From positions 1-47,775 of the forward strand of contig JBBIRY010000003.1 of NCBI GenBank assembly GCA_037441605.1: a stretch of 47,775 nucleotides of DNA. Direction: 5' to 3'. Every line of letters begins with the position of its first letter. The stretch's first letter is position 1. Below, piece by piece: positions 10,429-19,509 of the stretch. The stretch is from Actinomycetota bacterium (GTDB lineage: Bacteria; Actinomycetota; Aquicultoria; UBA3085; Oleimmundimicrobiaceae). A program made the translations under genes and the position numbers. The notes under the pieces are model-generated. The model made no database searches. It was not told the origin of the DNA and saw nothing but the letters and a program-made list of their open reading frames with translations.

Positions 10429-10456
10429 ACGCCCGATAATATATCTTATGTAAACT
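10429..10456. other. dif site (XerCD chromosome dimer resolution)
   Basis: ACGCCCGATAA-TATATC-TTATGTAAACT in 11-6-11 layout; right arm matches the B. subtilis dif arm as I recall it; coding strand bias flips here. Confidence 0.92.
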
Positions 10457-10461
10457 AATAA

Positions 10462-10569
10462 TTAATCTTTTAATTCGAACTCAAGCGCATTATTTTCCTG
10501 GATACCAAATTTGGAAGCGGGCCCGGTCAAAGAGATGACCATCCCAATCTTAAAGGGCTCTTTGGTCAT
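10462..10569 (-). pseudogene. N-terminal relic of a LivJ/LivK-type ABC substrate-binding protein
   Basis: My translation: MTKEPFKIGMVISLTGPASKFGIQENNALEFELKD*, resembling the family start (PIKIG....LTGP.A..G); ends beside dif. Confidence 0.72.
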
Positions 10570-10649
10570 ATCCAAAGGGTTCGGCTTTCTTGGCGCAAGA
10601 TATGCTTTCAAGCGGCAGGCTTTGGACGATTAAATATAACTTAAGCCTT

Positions 10650-11243
10650 TTAGCCACCTCTCATCATAATTTGCTTCCTTCCTAGCTCAAATGCTTTCAT
10701 ATTAATCTCTATGAATCTTTCGGGGATGCTCTCTTCGATCGCATCCTCCCAAGCCGATTGTGTGATGGGAAGCCTTTCCTTCAATGTGCCAAGCGTTATC
10801 ATGTTAGCAAATTTAAGGCCGCCAAGTTCAAAAGCTAACTCTTCAGCGTTAAGGGTTAAGAGCTTTTCTGTTTTGTCCTTTAGCTGAGAAATCAAATCGC
10901 TTGGATAATCCATCTTTCCGAGCAATACCGGCATTGGGCTTATGGTTTGCTCGCCCAAGATAAGTTCGCCGCCGGGTTTAAGGTATATCAACCAGCGCGC
11001 CGCTTCTAAGAGCTCAAAGGCCATGAGAATGTCGGCCTCACCCTGAGAGATTATCGGAGAGTAGACCTCTTTGCCAAAGCGAACCATCCCGTAAACGCTC
11101 CCACCCCTTTGGGCCATGCCGTGAATCTCGGAGACCTTCACATCAAACCCCGACTTTAAAAGAGCAAGTGAGACTATCTTGGTAGCCAGGGTTATTCCTT
11201 GACCCCCCACTCCGACCAGAAGTATTGCGCCCTTATCAATCAT
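10650..11243 (-). CDS. iorB: Indolepyruvate:ferredoxin oxidoreductase beta subunit
   Basis: Start moved to ATG 11243 (ATGA overlap with iorA); GVGGQG, SEIHGMAQRGGSV. Confidence 0.95.
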   Translation of the reverse strand: MIDKGAILLVGVGGQGITLATKIVSLALLKSGFDVKVSEIHGMAQRGGSVYGMVRFGKEVYSPIISQGEADILMAFELLEAARWLIYLKPGGELILGEQTISPMPVLLGKMDYPSDLISQLKDKTEKLLTLNAEELAFELGGLKFANMITLGTLKERLPITQSAWEDAIEESIPERFIEINMKAFELGRKQIMMRGG

Positions 11244-12970
11244 GAGTCCACCTCTAAGATGGCTGAAAATTTGCAGACTTTGGCACAGACCCCGCAGCCT
11301 ATGCAAACATTTGCATCTATGCTCAAACCCTTTGCTTTGTCGAAAGAGATGGCCGGACAACCCACTTTAAGACAGCTCAAACATCTGGTGCAGCTCTTTT
11401 TATCTATCGAAAAAGGAGTCTCTTTTTCGCTCAAGATGAGGGCGCACGGACGGGTAGTGATAATAACTGATGGCTCGTCTTTCTCGGTCTCTTCTTTGAT
11501 TGTGGTGAGCGTTTGCTTAAGATCGTATGGATCGATCGTTCTGATGGACCCAACCCCTATCGCTTCGGCCAGTTTCATGAAATCCAGGGCGCGGGTCTCT
11601 TCACCCATGAGGGTTCTGCCGGTGCCGGGGTGGTCTTGCCGTCCGGTCATGGCCGTTATCCGATTATCGAGAATGATTACGGTCGAAGCCCCCTTATTGT
11701 AAACGATATCTATTAGCGGAGTGATGCCCGAATGAACGAAGGTGGAATCGCCGATTACGGCGACTGCTTTGCCAAGATTTGCGCTAGTAGCCTTCTCGAA
11801 ACCAAGCGCCATGCCAACTCCGGCTCCCATGGCAAGGCAGGTATCCATCGCTTCGAATGGGGCAAGTGCGCCCAGCGTATAGCACCCTATGTCCCCCATC
11901 ACGGTTAGCTTGAGCTTATTTAGAGAATGAAAGACTCCGCGGTGGGGACAGCCCGGACACATTAAAGGAGGCCTTGGAGGCAAAGGGGTTTCAATCGCTG
12001 ATGTGGAGTCTCCTTTGGGCAGAGAAAAGGAGTCCCTCAAAATATCGGGGCTTAACTCACCGACCCTTGGGACCAGCTCTTTGCCGAGCACTTTTATGCC
12101 GTGGGCTTTTATGGCGTCTTCGAGGAACGGTTCCAGCTCCTCCACCACATAAACGCTCTTTTTGCCCTTGACGAATGATTCTATGAGACCGAAAGGTAAG
12201 GGGTAGACCATGCCCAGTTTTAAAAAAGATGCGGCTTTGAAGACCTCTTTGGCATGCTGATAAGTTATGCCGCTAGTGATGATTCCTATCTCGCCACCCG
12301 CCTCTTCTACCTGATTTAAGTGGTAAGTGTTTACAAAATCCTCAAGGCGCCTCATCCTTTCAAGCAAGTTTAACCTTTTTTGGCGGGCGTTCTGGGGAAG
12401 CATCACATATTTGGCTATATCTTTTTCGTAAGTTCTGATTGGAATCTTTGTCCTATCGCTGAGTTCGACCTTGGTTTTAGAGTGAGAGATCCGGGTCGTC
12501 ATACGCAACAGTACCGGGGTGTCGAAGTCCTCACTTAACTTGAGGGCTTCTTTGAGATACTCTTTGGCCTCTTGGCTGTCGCTCGGCTCAAGCATAGGAA
12601 TTAAGGAAGATCTGGCATAGTATCTGCTGTCCTGCTCATTCTGTGAACTGTGCATAGAGGGATCATCGGCAACTAGAATTACCAAACCGGCATTGACCCC
12701 GGTATAGGCAGCCGTAAACAAGGGGTCTGCCGCCACGTTCAAGCCGACATGCTTCATCGTTACAAGAGTTCTTGCCCCGCCAAGTGAGGCTCCCATTCCG
12801 ACCTCAAGGGCAACCTTCTCATTGGGTGACCACTGGGAGTTCACTTCCTTATAGTCAGAAAGGTTTTCTAATATTTCAGTGCTCGGTGTTCCGGGGTAGC
12901 CGGCCGCAAAACTGACTCCACCCTCATAGGCGCCCCTAGCTATTGCTTCATTGCCGGAATAAAGTTCCAT
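11240..12970 (-). CDS. iorA: Indolepyruvate:ferredoxin oxidoreductase alpha subunit
   Basis: GNEAIARG, YPGTPSTE, CPGCPH, GDIGCY, GDSTF TPP motif, C-terminal 2x[4Fe-4S]. Confidence 0.96.
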   Translation of the reverse strand: MELYSGNEAIARGAYEGGVSFAAGYPGTPSTEILENLSDYKEVNSQWSPNEKVALEVGMGASLGGARTLVTMKHVGLNVAADPLFTAAYTGVNAGLVILVADDPSMHSSQNEQDSRYYARSSLIPMLEPSDSQEAKEYLKEALKLSEDFDTPVLLRMTTRISHSKTKVELSDRTKIPIRTYEKDIAKYVMLPQNARQKRLNLLERMRRLEDFVNTYHLNQVEEAGGEIGIITSGITYQHAKEVFKAASFLKLGMVYPLPFGLIESFVKGKKSVYVVEELEPFLEDAIKAHGIKVLGKELVPRVGELSPDILRDSFSLPKGDSTSAIETPLPPRPPLMCPGCPHRGVFHSLNKLKLTVMGDIGCYTLGALAPFEAMDTCLAMGAGVGMALGFEKATSANLGKAVAVIGDSTFVHSGITPLIDIVYNKGASTVIILDNRITAMTGRQDHPGTGRTLMGEETRALDFMKLAEAIGVGSIRTIDPYDLKQTLTTIKEETEKDEPSVIITTRPCALILSEKETPFSIDKKSCTRCLSCLKVGCPAISFDKAKGLSIDANVCIGCGVCAKVCKFSAILEVDS

Positions 12971-13075
12971 TCTTCTCCATTTTGAGAAAAATCATTGTCC
13001 CAGTCTAATCTTTGAAATTCTATCAAAGCTCTGATCTTAAATCGATAGGTCTTAGTGGGACCACGCTCTTTACAT

Positions 13076-13103
13076 TTGACTTTTTGAGTTAAGGTTGTAT
13101 AAT
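13076..13103 (+). promoter_or_regulatory. Putative sigma-70-type promoter of the FmdB-family gene
   Basis: TTGACT-16 nt-TATAAT; GAGGTG RBS at 13121. Confidence 0.55.
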
Positions 13104-13130
13104 TCTTTTACAAAAATTGTGAGGTGCAAG

Positions 13131-13355
13131 ATGCCGATATATGAGTATATGTGCGGGGATTGCAAAGAGATTACCGAGGCCATTCACGGGGCCGATGAGA
13201 ACCCGACGATAAATTGTTCCACCTGCGGGAAGAGAGCCAAAAAGATATTCAGTCCTGCGGGGCTTGTCTTTAAAGGAAGCGGGTTCTATAAGACGGATTC
13301 AAGAAGCGCGTCTTGCTCCGGTGGTTCTTGTGGTACGGAATGCCCTAAGAAATAA
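13131..13355 (+). CDS. FmdB-family zinc-ribbon protein
   Basis: MPIYEYMCGDC...CSTCG...FKGSGFY.TD; start set by RBS. Confidence 0.88.
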   Translation: MPIYEYMCGDCKEITEAIHGADENPTINCSTCGKRAKKIFSPAGLVFKGSGFYKTDSRSASCSGGSCGTECPKK

Positions 13356-14188
13356 AAAGCTTTTCTTCTGCTAAGCCGGAGACTTCCTTTAACTTGAGTC
13401 GTCTCAGGTAATTCCTCAGACTTTTTCGTTTCATTTTCGAATGTCTGAGGAGAGCGTTGTAAATCCCGGCCGCCTCCCTTTGAAGGATTGGCATCTTCAT
13501 CCTTTTCCTCGTGCTCCCTCTTTGAATCCTTGGAAGATGAGTCAAGGGGGAGTTTATTTAAGATCTTCTCTTTCTTCTCTTTTTTTTCTCTAAATCTCTC
13601 CTTAAGTTCATCGCCGCTCAAGCGGCCAAAGCTCAAATCTTTTTCTACAGCTTCTTCCCTTTTGTTTAGCGAAGAGATTAAGCCATCTAGCTCGCTTAAG
13701 TTATCTTCCTCCACAACCACTTCAAGCTCATCGAGCCTTTTTTGGTAATGGTTTAGATTGAGTTCTGTCTTTGCTTCTTTTCCGATTGTCATCGTTTCAA
13801 TGATCTTTTCGGAAGCAAGCTTTACGGGATAGAGAATATCCCCGGGCATCGAGACCGAGGCAGCATATGCGGTTGAACCTGCAAATACTGATAGAGCAAC
13901 GATAATTGAAGCGACCTTAAGCCTAATGCTTGCCAAAAGAGTGAAAATGTTATTTCCGGCCTGAAGGGTTGCCTTGTCGCCCCTGACCATCTTGTTGGCT
14001 TTATTTGCAAGCTTCTCTTTAAGCTCAAACTTAAAACCGTCACGCACCTTTGGCGGCGCGGCTGATTGGATCTTTTCCAATATGTTCATTGTCCCTGTAA
14101 ATTCGGAGCTCAACTCGAGGCTTTCCGTCTCAGCGTTTTTTAGAAAGGACTCTATTCTTTTATCTAAGAGCTCTTTTTTTCTACTCAT
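13286..14188 (-). CDS. Putative membrane anti-sigma factor (DUF5667-like extracytoplasmic domain)
   Basis: Overlaps the ECF sigma stop; single TM helix then SMPGDILYPVKLASE; charged low-complexity tail. Confidence 0.72.
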   Translation of the reverse strand: MSRKKELLDKRIESFLKNAETESLELSSEFTGTMNILEKIQSAAPPKVRDGFKFELKEKLANKANKMVRGDKATLQAGNNIFTLLASIRLKVASIIVALSVFAGSTAYAASVSMPGDILYPVKLASEKIIETMTIGKEAKTELNLNHYQKRLDELEVVVEEDNLSELDGLISSLNKREEAVEKDLSFGRLSGDELKERFREKKEKKEKILNKLPLDSSSKDSKREHEEKDEDANPSKGGGRDLQRSPQTFENETKKSEELPETTQVKGSLRLSRRKAFYFLGHSVPQEPPEQDALLESVL

Positions 14189-14735
14189 TTTCGGAGCTTC
14201 CTAAGATTTTTCTTAAATTTCTCATGGCCCTGTGCTGAAGCGACTTTACCGCCCCCTCGCTCTTTCCGATGATCTTCGCTACCTCGAGGTTGGTTAGGCC
14301 ATCGATGAATTTAAGTATTACGACATCCTGTTGGTCCGGCGGCAATTTTATTATTGCCGCTTGGATCATCTTGGCGTCATCCTTCAGATCAAATTCGGCC
14401 TCAATGTTCACCCCGGAGTCCAATGCCGCCTCAGAATCATCAATGCTCGAAAAGGAGCGCCTACTTGTAGCCCTGAAGTGATCAACAACTTGGTTGTGGG
14501 CGATCCTAAAGAGCCAAGACGAGAATGGGTAGCCCTTCCACTTAAATCCAGAGATCGACTCCAAGGCCCTTAAGAAGACCAGCTCCGTGATGTCTTCGGC
14601 ATCCGTCGGATTGCTGACCTTATAGCGAACGTAGTTGTATATTTTTTCAAAGAATGCTTCATAGATCTCAGCGAATGCCCTTGGGTCTTCCTTGGCCCTA
14701 TCGACAAGAAACGAGATCTCATCATCCTGATGCAA
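14181..14735 (-). CDS. ECF sigma-70 factor
   Basis: DAEDIT..VF, FSSWLFRIAHN (region 2); EVAKIIGKSEGAVKSLQHRA (region 4). Confidence 0.95.
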   Translation of the reverse strand: MHQDDEISFLVDRAKEDPRAFAEIYEAFFEKIYNYVRYKVSNPTDAEDITELVFLRALESISGFKWKGYPFSSWLFRIAHNQVVDHFRATSRRSFSSIDDSEAALDSGVNIEAEFDLKDDAKMIQAAIIKLPPDQQDVVILKFIDGLTNLEVAKIIGKSEGAVKSLQHRAMRNLRKILGSSENE

Positions 14736-14756
14736 CTTTATACCTTCCTATTCAGA

Positions 14757-14782
14757 TAACGGAGAAACCTCTGTTGAGTTAC
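14757..14782 (-). promoter_or_regulatory. ECF-type promoter, probably autoregulatory
   Basis: Minus strand GTAAC-16 nt-CGTTA just upstream of the ECF gene. Confidence 0.68.
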
Positions 14783-14806
14783 GATTTGGCTAGGTCTAAA
14801 GAGATC

Positions 14807-15154
14807 TCATGACTTTTCTTCCAGTTCTCTGCCATAATCATCTGCCAGCCTGTGAGTGTCATCCTCATTTGTGTAACCGAAAGCTATCTCTAGAACACGT
14901 GCGCCGTCGAGATTTGAAATAATGCGATGGCTCTCTTCGGCTGGGATTACGAACTCATCTCCGGGCATGGTCTCAAAGGTCTTCTCGCCTATTTGCACGG
15001 TTATTCCTAGGTCCAAAATGACCCACATATCATCGCGCAGATTGTGAAAGTGTAGACTCGTTTCTTGACCGGCCTTTAAGGTGATGATCTTGACCGAACA
15101 GGTTTGGTTTAGGGCGAGCTGTTTATAATTCCCCCAAGGCTTCTTCTCTATCAT
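14807..15154 (-). CDS. Stand-alone cupin, mannose-6-phosphate isomerase type II C-terminal-like
   Basis: KPWG, SLHFH, HRI, LEIAFG...EDD..RL.DDYGR; start ATG 15154 after GGGGAG. Confidence 0.82.
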   Translation of the reverse strand: MIEKKPWGNYKQLALNQTCSVKIITLKAGQETSLHFHNLRDDMWVILDLGITVQIGEKTFETMPGDEFVIPAEESHRIISNLDGARVLEIAFGYTNEDDTHRLADDYGRELEEKS

Positions 15155-15171
15155 CGTCACTCTCCCCGCAA

Positions 15172-15636
15172 TCACTTCATGGATTTCATAAGGTTGGCCA
15201 TCTCGATGGCCGCAAGAGCCGCCTGCCAACCCTTGTTGCCGGATTTTGTGCCGGCCCGGTCGATGGCCTGATCGGTATCATCTGACGTTATGACCCCGAA
15301 TATAGTTGGAACCCCCGAGTTTAATCCGGCTAAAGCAACTCCCTTAGCGGTTTCGGATGCCACAAAATCAAAATGAGGGGTATCCCCTCTGATGATTACG
15401 CCAAGGCAGATAACCGCGTCGTATCTTTTGCTTTCGGCCAACTTCTTGGCGATAATCGGAATCTCAAAAGAGCCCGGTGTCCAGGCTACCTCTATATCGG
15501 TCTCATTCGCATCATGTCTCTTTAAGGCATCGAGCGCCCCGTCTAATAGTCTTGTGCTCAAAAAATCATTGAAGCGGCTGACGACGATTGCAAACTTAAG
15601 ACCCTTGGCAATAAGCTTTCCTTGATACTCTTTCAT
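15172..15636 (-). CDS. ribH: 6,7-dimethyl-8-ribityllumazine synthase
   Basis: [24 protein letters not shown]. Confidence 0.97.
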   Translation of the reverse strand: MKEYQGKLIAKGLKFAIVVSRFNDFLSTRLLDGALDALKRHDANETDIEVAWTPGSFEIPIIAKKLAESKRYDAVICLGVIIRGDTPHFDFVASETAKGVALAGLNSGVPTIFGVITSDDTDQAIDRAGTKSGNKGWQAALAAIEMANLMKSMK

Positions 15637-15654
15637 TGAAGCTCCTTTCCGTAT

Positions 15655-16860
15655 TTAAGTATTATCCAACATGTGATTCAACTTGTCGCGCTTTGTCTGA
15701 AGATAGCACAGGTTCTCTTTGGTCGGAGGGACCAGCAAGGGAACACGTTCTGTTATTTTCAAACCATAACCCTCAAGCCCGACTATCTTGGTTGGGTTAT
15801 TCGTAATCAGCTTGATTGTTTTTAAACCAAGATCGGCAAGAACTTGGGCTCCTATCCCATAGTCTCTAAGGTCGGGAGGAAAGCCGAGCTTTATGTTGGC
15901 TTCGACGGTATCCGCGCCTGCCTCTTGAAGCTCATAGGCCTTTAGTTTATTGATCAATCCGATTCCTCTGCCCTCTTGGCCGACGATATACAGGAGGACG
16001 CCAAGGCCTTCTTCTTCGACCATCCTTAAAGCTGTTTCAAGCTGAGAGCCGCAGTCGCAGCGGAGAGATTTGAATATATCCCCGGTCAAGCACTCAGAAT
16101 GGACTCTGACCAAGACATCATCCTTTCCGGCGACGTCGCCCTTGACCAAAGCTATGTGACACTCGTTATCGGTCAGGCTCTCATAAGCGATCGCTTTGAA
16201 GTCGCCGAATTTGGTCGGCAGATTTATCTGGGCGACCTTTCTAACGAGCTTTTCGGTCTGTCTGCGATAGCGGATCAGATCGGCGATTGTGATCATCTTG
16301 AGACCGAAGCCATCGGCAACCCGCTCGAGTTCGGGAACCCTGGCCATCGTACCGTCTTCGTTCATTATCTCGCAAATAACCCCAGCCGGAAAAAGACCGG
16401 CCAGCTTGGCCAGATCGACGGCGGCTTCAGTGTGACCCGCCCGCGTTAATACGCCGCCTTCGCTTGCCCTAAGCGGAAAGACGTGGCCCGGCATCGAAAT
16501 GTCGCTTGGCTTGGTCTTTTGATCGACTACCGCCAAAACCGTCTCAGCCCTATCTTTGGCCGATATTCCCGTCGTTATCCTGCCCTTAGCTCCAATCGAG
16601 ACGGCAAAGGGCGTTTCGTTTCGACTGGTGTTTTCTTTGACCATCGAAGGGATCGCGAGCTCATCTAAGCGTTTTGCGTTTACCGGAAGACAAATAAGGC
16701 CGCGGCCGTTTTTAGCCATAAAATTTATCGCCTCAGCCGTTACTTTTTCGGCAGCCATGATGAAATCGCCTTCGTTCTCACGGTTTTCGTCATCGCAGAC
16801 GATGACCATCTTGCCCGCTTTTATATCTTCGATAGCCTCTTGAATCGTTGAGAAACCCAT
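15655..16860 (-). CDS. ribBA: DHBP synthase / GTP cyclohydrolase II
   Basis: [39 protein letters not shown]. Confidence 0.97.
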   Translation of the reverse strand: MGFSTIQEAIEDIKAGKMVIVCDDENRENEGDFIMAAEKVTAEAINFMAKNGRGLICLPVNAKRLDELAIPSMVKENTSRNETPFAVSIGAKGRITTGISAKDRAETVLAVVDQKTKPSDISMPGHVFPLRASEGGVLTRAGHTEAAVDLAKLAGLFPAGVICEIMNEDGTMARVPELERVADGFGLKMITIADLIRYRRQTEKLVRKVAQINLPTKFGDFKAIAYESLTDNECHIALVKGDVAGKDDVLVRVHSECLTGDIFKSLRCDCGSQLETALRMVEEEGLGVLLYIVGQEGRGIGLINKLKAYELQEAGADTVEANIKLGFPPDLRDYGIGAQVLADLGLKTIKLITNNPTKIVGLEGYGLKITERVPLLVPPTKENLCYLQTKRDKLNHMLDNT

Positions 16861-17469
16861 TCAATTACCTCCTTTAAGGGTTTTATTTTTATGTTCGATC
16901 CGAGCAAACTTCCCCATCATATCGACCTCAATATTTACCAAACTCCCCTTCTTCTTGGCGGCTAGAGTTGTTATGGCAAGGGTGTGGGGTATTATTGATA
17001 CGATAAAACCCTTCTTCTTGATCGCCTGGATCGTAAGACTTATCCCGTCTATTGCGATGGAACCCTTGACGACTAGCTTAGCTAAGATCTCCTTTTCAAG
17101 GGCGATCTCATAAGCTGAAGATCCCCCCTCCCTTCTTATCGCTTCAATACGGCCCATGGAATCGACATGCCCGCTCACCAGGTGACCGCCAAGGCGATCG
17201 CTGAAGCGAAGTGCTCGCTCCAGGTTCACCTCGTTTCCGACGCGGAGCTTTCCGAGCGTGGTGACTTTAAGCGTCTCGGCCATGACGTCTGCCTCAAAGA
17301 GATGGCCCTTAATCAATACGGCGGTAAGACAGACTCCATCGACCGCGATCGACTGGCCGACTTGCGTCCCCTCCAAGACTCTATTGGCCTCGATGGAGAG
17401 CCTAAGGCCAAGCCTCGTCTTAAGTATCCGCTTAACTTTGCCTTTCTCTTCGATTATGCCGGTAAACAT
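16861..17469 (-). CDS. ribE: Riboflavin synthase
   Basis: MFTGIIEE, GVCLT, GGHLVSGHVD. Confidence 0.97.
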   Translation of the reverse strand: MFTGIIEEKGKVKRILKTRLGLRLSIEANRVLEGTQVGQSIAVDGVCLTAVLIKGHLFEADVMAETLKVTTLGKLRVGNEVNLERALRFSDRLGGHLVSGHVDSMGRIEAIRREGGSSAYEIALEKEILAKLVVKGSIAIDGISLTIQAIKKKGFIVSIIPHTLAITTLAAKKKGSLVNIEVDMMGKFARIEHKNKTLKGGN

Positions 17470-18563
17470 ATCTTCCCTTCGTCTTGCGGATAGGCTTCGA
17501 CCATTAGATCCTCTCCAAGCAGCAGAACGCGGCCAAAATCGAATTTAGCCCTAACCGTCGGATCGGATAGAAAGGAAAGCGAGCCGGCGCCGCCGATTAT
17601 GGTTGGCGAAACGAAGAAGACAGCCTTATCTACCAGGCCGGCTTTTAAGAAATGACTGATTGTTTTAGAGCCTCCCTCAACGATCAGACTTCCAATTCCG
17701 GTCTCTGCGAGCTTTGAGAGGAGCAGCTCTAAATCGAATGCGCCTTGATTTTTTGAAAGACTTAAGATTTCGACCCCTTTCTCTTTAAGCTCATCGCCCT
17801 TGGGTAAGACTTCTGCATCGGAGACGACTAGGATGGTTCTAATTTCACAGGCCGTATTGACAAGGTTTGAGTCTACAGGAATGCGGCCGCGGCTGTCCAA
17901 GATGACTCTTGCGGGATTTCGCCCCGGTATGTTTGCGAGTCTCGCCGTAAGAAAGGGGTCGTCCGCTATGACCGTGTCGATCCCGACTAATATCGCATCG
18001 TATCTCTTCCTCAAATTATGCGACTCTACCTGGGCTTGATCTCCCGTGATCCTCTCTTTAGTTCCCGCTCTTGAGGTTATCTTTCCATCTAGGCTCATCG
18101 CAACCTTCATCAGCACGAAAGGCTGACCTTTGGTTATATATTTAAAGAAGATCTCATTCTGACGCTGAGCCTCTTCTTTCAGCACCCCAACCTGGACCTT
18201 AACCCCTGCGCCTTGAAGCTCAGCTACGCCTTTTCCGGAAACCAGAGGGTTTGGGTCTAAAGTTGCTATCACGACTTTGGATAGACTGGATTTGATTATG
18301 GCTTTCGTGCAAGGCGGCGTCTTTCCGTGATGAGAGCACGGCTCCAAGGTTACGTACATCGTTGCGCCAAAGAGATCTTGTCCGGTTGATTTTAAGGCCA
18401 TGGCCTCAGCATGGTCTTGGCCAAAGGCGGCATGGTAGCCGCTCGCAATGACCTCACCGCCTTTTACTATGACGGCACCGACCATTGGGTTTGGGTTTAC
18501 CTGTCCCCCACCCTTTTCGGCCAGATCCAAAGCGAGTTTCATATATTTTTCGTCTTCATTCAC
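17454..18563 (-). CDS. ribD: Riboflavin biosynthesis deaminase/reductase
   Basis: PNPMVG, HAE, TLEPCSHHGKTPPC, SLDGK, VEGG. Confidence 0.97.
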   Translation of the reverse strand: MNEDEKYMKLALDLAEKGGGQVNPNPMVGAVIVKGGEVIASGYHAAFGQDHAEAMALKSTGQDLFGATMYVTLEPCSHHGKTPPCTKAIIKSSLSKVVIATLDPNPLVSGKGVAELQGAGVKVQVGVLKEEAQRQNEIFFKYITKGQPFVLMKVAMSLDGKITSRAGTKERITGDQAQVESHNLRKRYDAILVGIDTVIADDPFLTARLANIPGRNPARVILDSRGRIPVDSNLVNTACEIRTILVVSDAEVLPKGDELKEKGVEILSLSKNQGAFDLELLLSKLAETGIGSLIVEGGSKTISHFLKAGLVDKAVFFVSPTIIGGAGSLSFLSDPTVRAKFDFGRVLLLGEDLMVEAYPQDEGKICLPA

Positions 18564-18572
18564 GGCGTCTCC

Positions 18573-18605
18573 AAAAATAAAAAGCCAAGGAAGAAGCCTT
18601 GGCTT
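18573..18605 (-). terminator. Intrinsic terminator of the FMN riboswitch expression platform
   Basis: AAGCCAAGG-CTTCTT-CCTTGGCTT followed by a U-rich tract, between the aptamer and ribD. Confidence 0.88.
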
Positions 18606-18612
18606 GATAGCT

Positions 18613-18738
18613 AACTTCTCCCATCCAGACTATACTGTCGGCTCCGGAATCCAACCGGATCTGCTCATTAAAGCTCGCGGGCTATACCGCCGGTAGGGAA
18701 TTCTTGGGAGTTACCCCAAGTCACCCTGCCCTGAAGTT
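18613..18738 (-). ncRNA. FMN riboswitch (RFN element)
   Basis: AGGGCAGGGTGA..AATTCCCTACCGGCGGT..AGCCCGCGAG..GATCCGG..ATTCCGGAGCCGACAGT.TAGTCTGGATGGGAGAAG; P1 AACTTC/GAAGTT; upstream of ribD. Confidence 0.97.
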
Positions 18739-18754
18739 TCAATATTTTTTTAAT

Positions 18755-18783
18755 ATTATAGCAAAGCTTGCAAAACGGCTCAA
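18755..18783 (-). promoter_or_regulatory. Promoter of the rib operon
   Basis: TTGAGC-17 nt-TATAAT with TGn extension. Confidence 0.75.
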
Positions 18784-18784
18784 A

Positions 18785-19450
18785 CTATTTATCGAGCGCG
18801 GTCTCAAGTTCCTTTAGGGATCCGATCGGGTCTCTTTTTGAAAAGACCGCTGAGCCTGCGACCATTATGTCGCATCCGGCCTCAAAGACGCTTTTTATGT
18901 TTGCAACATTTATGCCGCCGTCGACTTCTATCTTCGTTTTAAGTCCTCGATTTTCGATCATCGCCTTAAGGGCGGCTATCTTTTGTAGCATTGAAGGGAT
19001 GAACTCTTGGCCGCCAAACCCGGGGTTGACCGTCATCAGCAAGACGAAATCGAGGTCCCCAAGGACATGCTCTAAAGTTGATAAGGGAGTGGCCGGGTTG
19101 ACAGCCGCCCCGGCTTGAACGCCCGGAAAGGAGCGAATCTTTCCGATCGATCTGTGGAGATGGACGGCCCCTTCAACATGTACTGATATCATATCGGCCC
19201 CGGCCAAAACAAAACTCTCAATCAACTGATCGGGATTTTCGATCATCAGGTGCACATCCAAAGGGAGGGTGGTTACGCGATTCACAGCTTCAACGACGAG
19301 CGGGCCGATGGTTATGTTTGGAACGAAGTGGCCGTCCATGACATCAATATGAATAAGCTTGGCCCCACCCTCTTCGGCCAGAGCGATCTCCTTTGCCAGA
19401 TTGGAGAAATCGGCCGAAAGGATTGAGGGAGCAATCGAGTAACTTCTCAT
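18785..19450 (-). CDS. rpe: Ribulose-phosphate 3-epimerase
   Basis: IAPSILSADF, HIDVMDGHFVPN, MTVNPGFGGQ, VDGG. Confidence 0.97.
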   Translation of the reverse strand: MRSYSIAPSILSADFSNLAKEIALAEEGGAKLIHIDVMDGHFVPNITIGPLVVEAVNRVTTLPLDVHLMIENPDQLIESFVLAGADMISVHVEGAVHLHRSIGKIRSFPGVQAGAAVNPATPLSTLEHVLGDLDFVLLMTVNPGFGGQEFIPSMLQKIAALKAMIENRGLKTKIEVDGGINVANIKSVFEAGCDIMVAGSAVFSKRDPIGSLKELETALDK

Positions 19451-19509
19451 TTGACCTCGCTCTTAAGTTTATGGGTCGATTTTAACATAGGCTATTGCCC
19501 CTTCAAACC

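Noticed and set aside
10495-10627. Multi-hairpin structured ncRNA next to dif (GGTCA/TGACC, CTTTGG/CCAAAG stems)
   Set aside because: The stems are short, and the opposite strand reads as a Liv-family protein fragment, which is the simpler explanation
18724-18731. KOPS-like GGGCAGGG octamer pointing towards dif
   Set aside because: It is part of the conserved FMN aptamer, and I saw too few such octamers to claim polarity without a count
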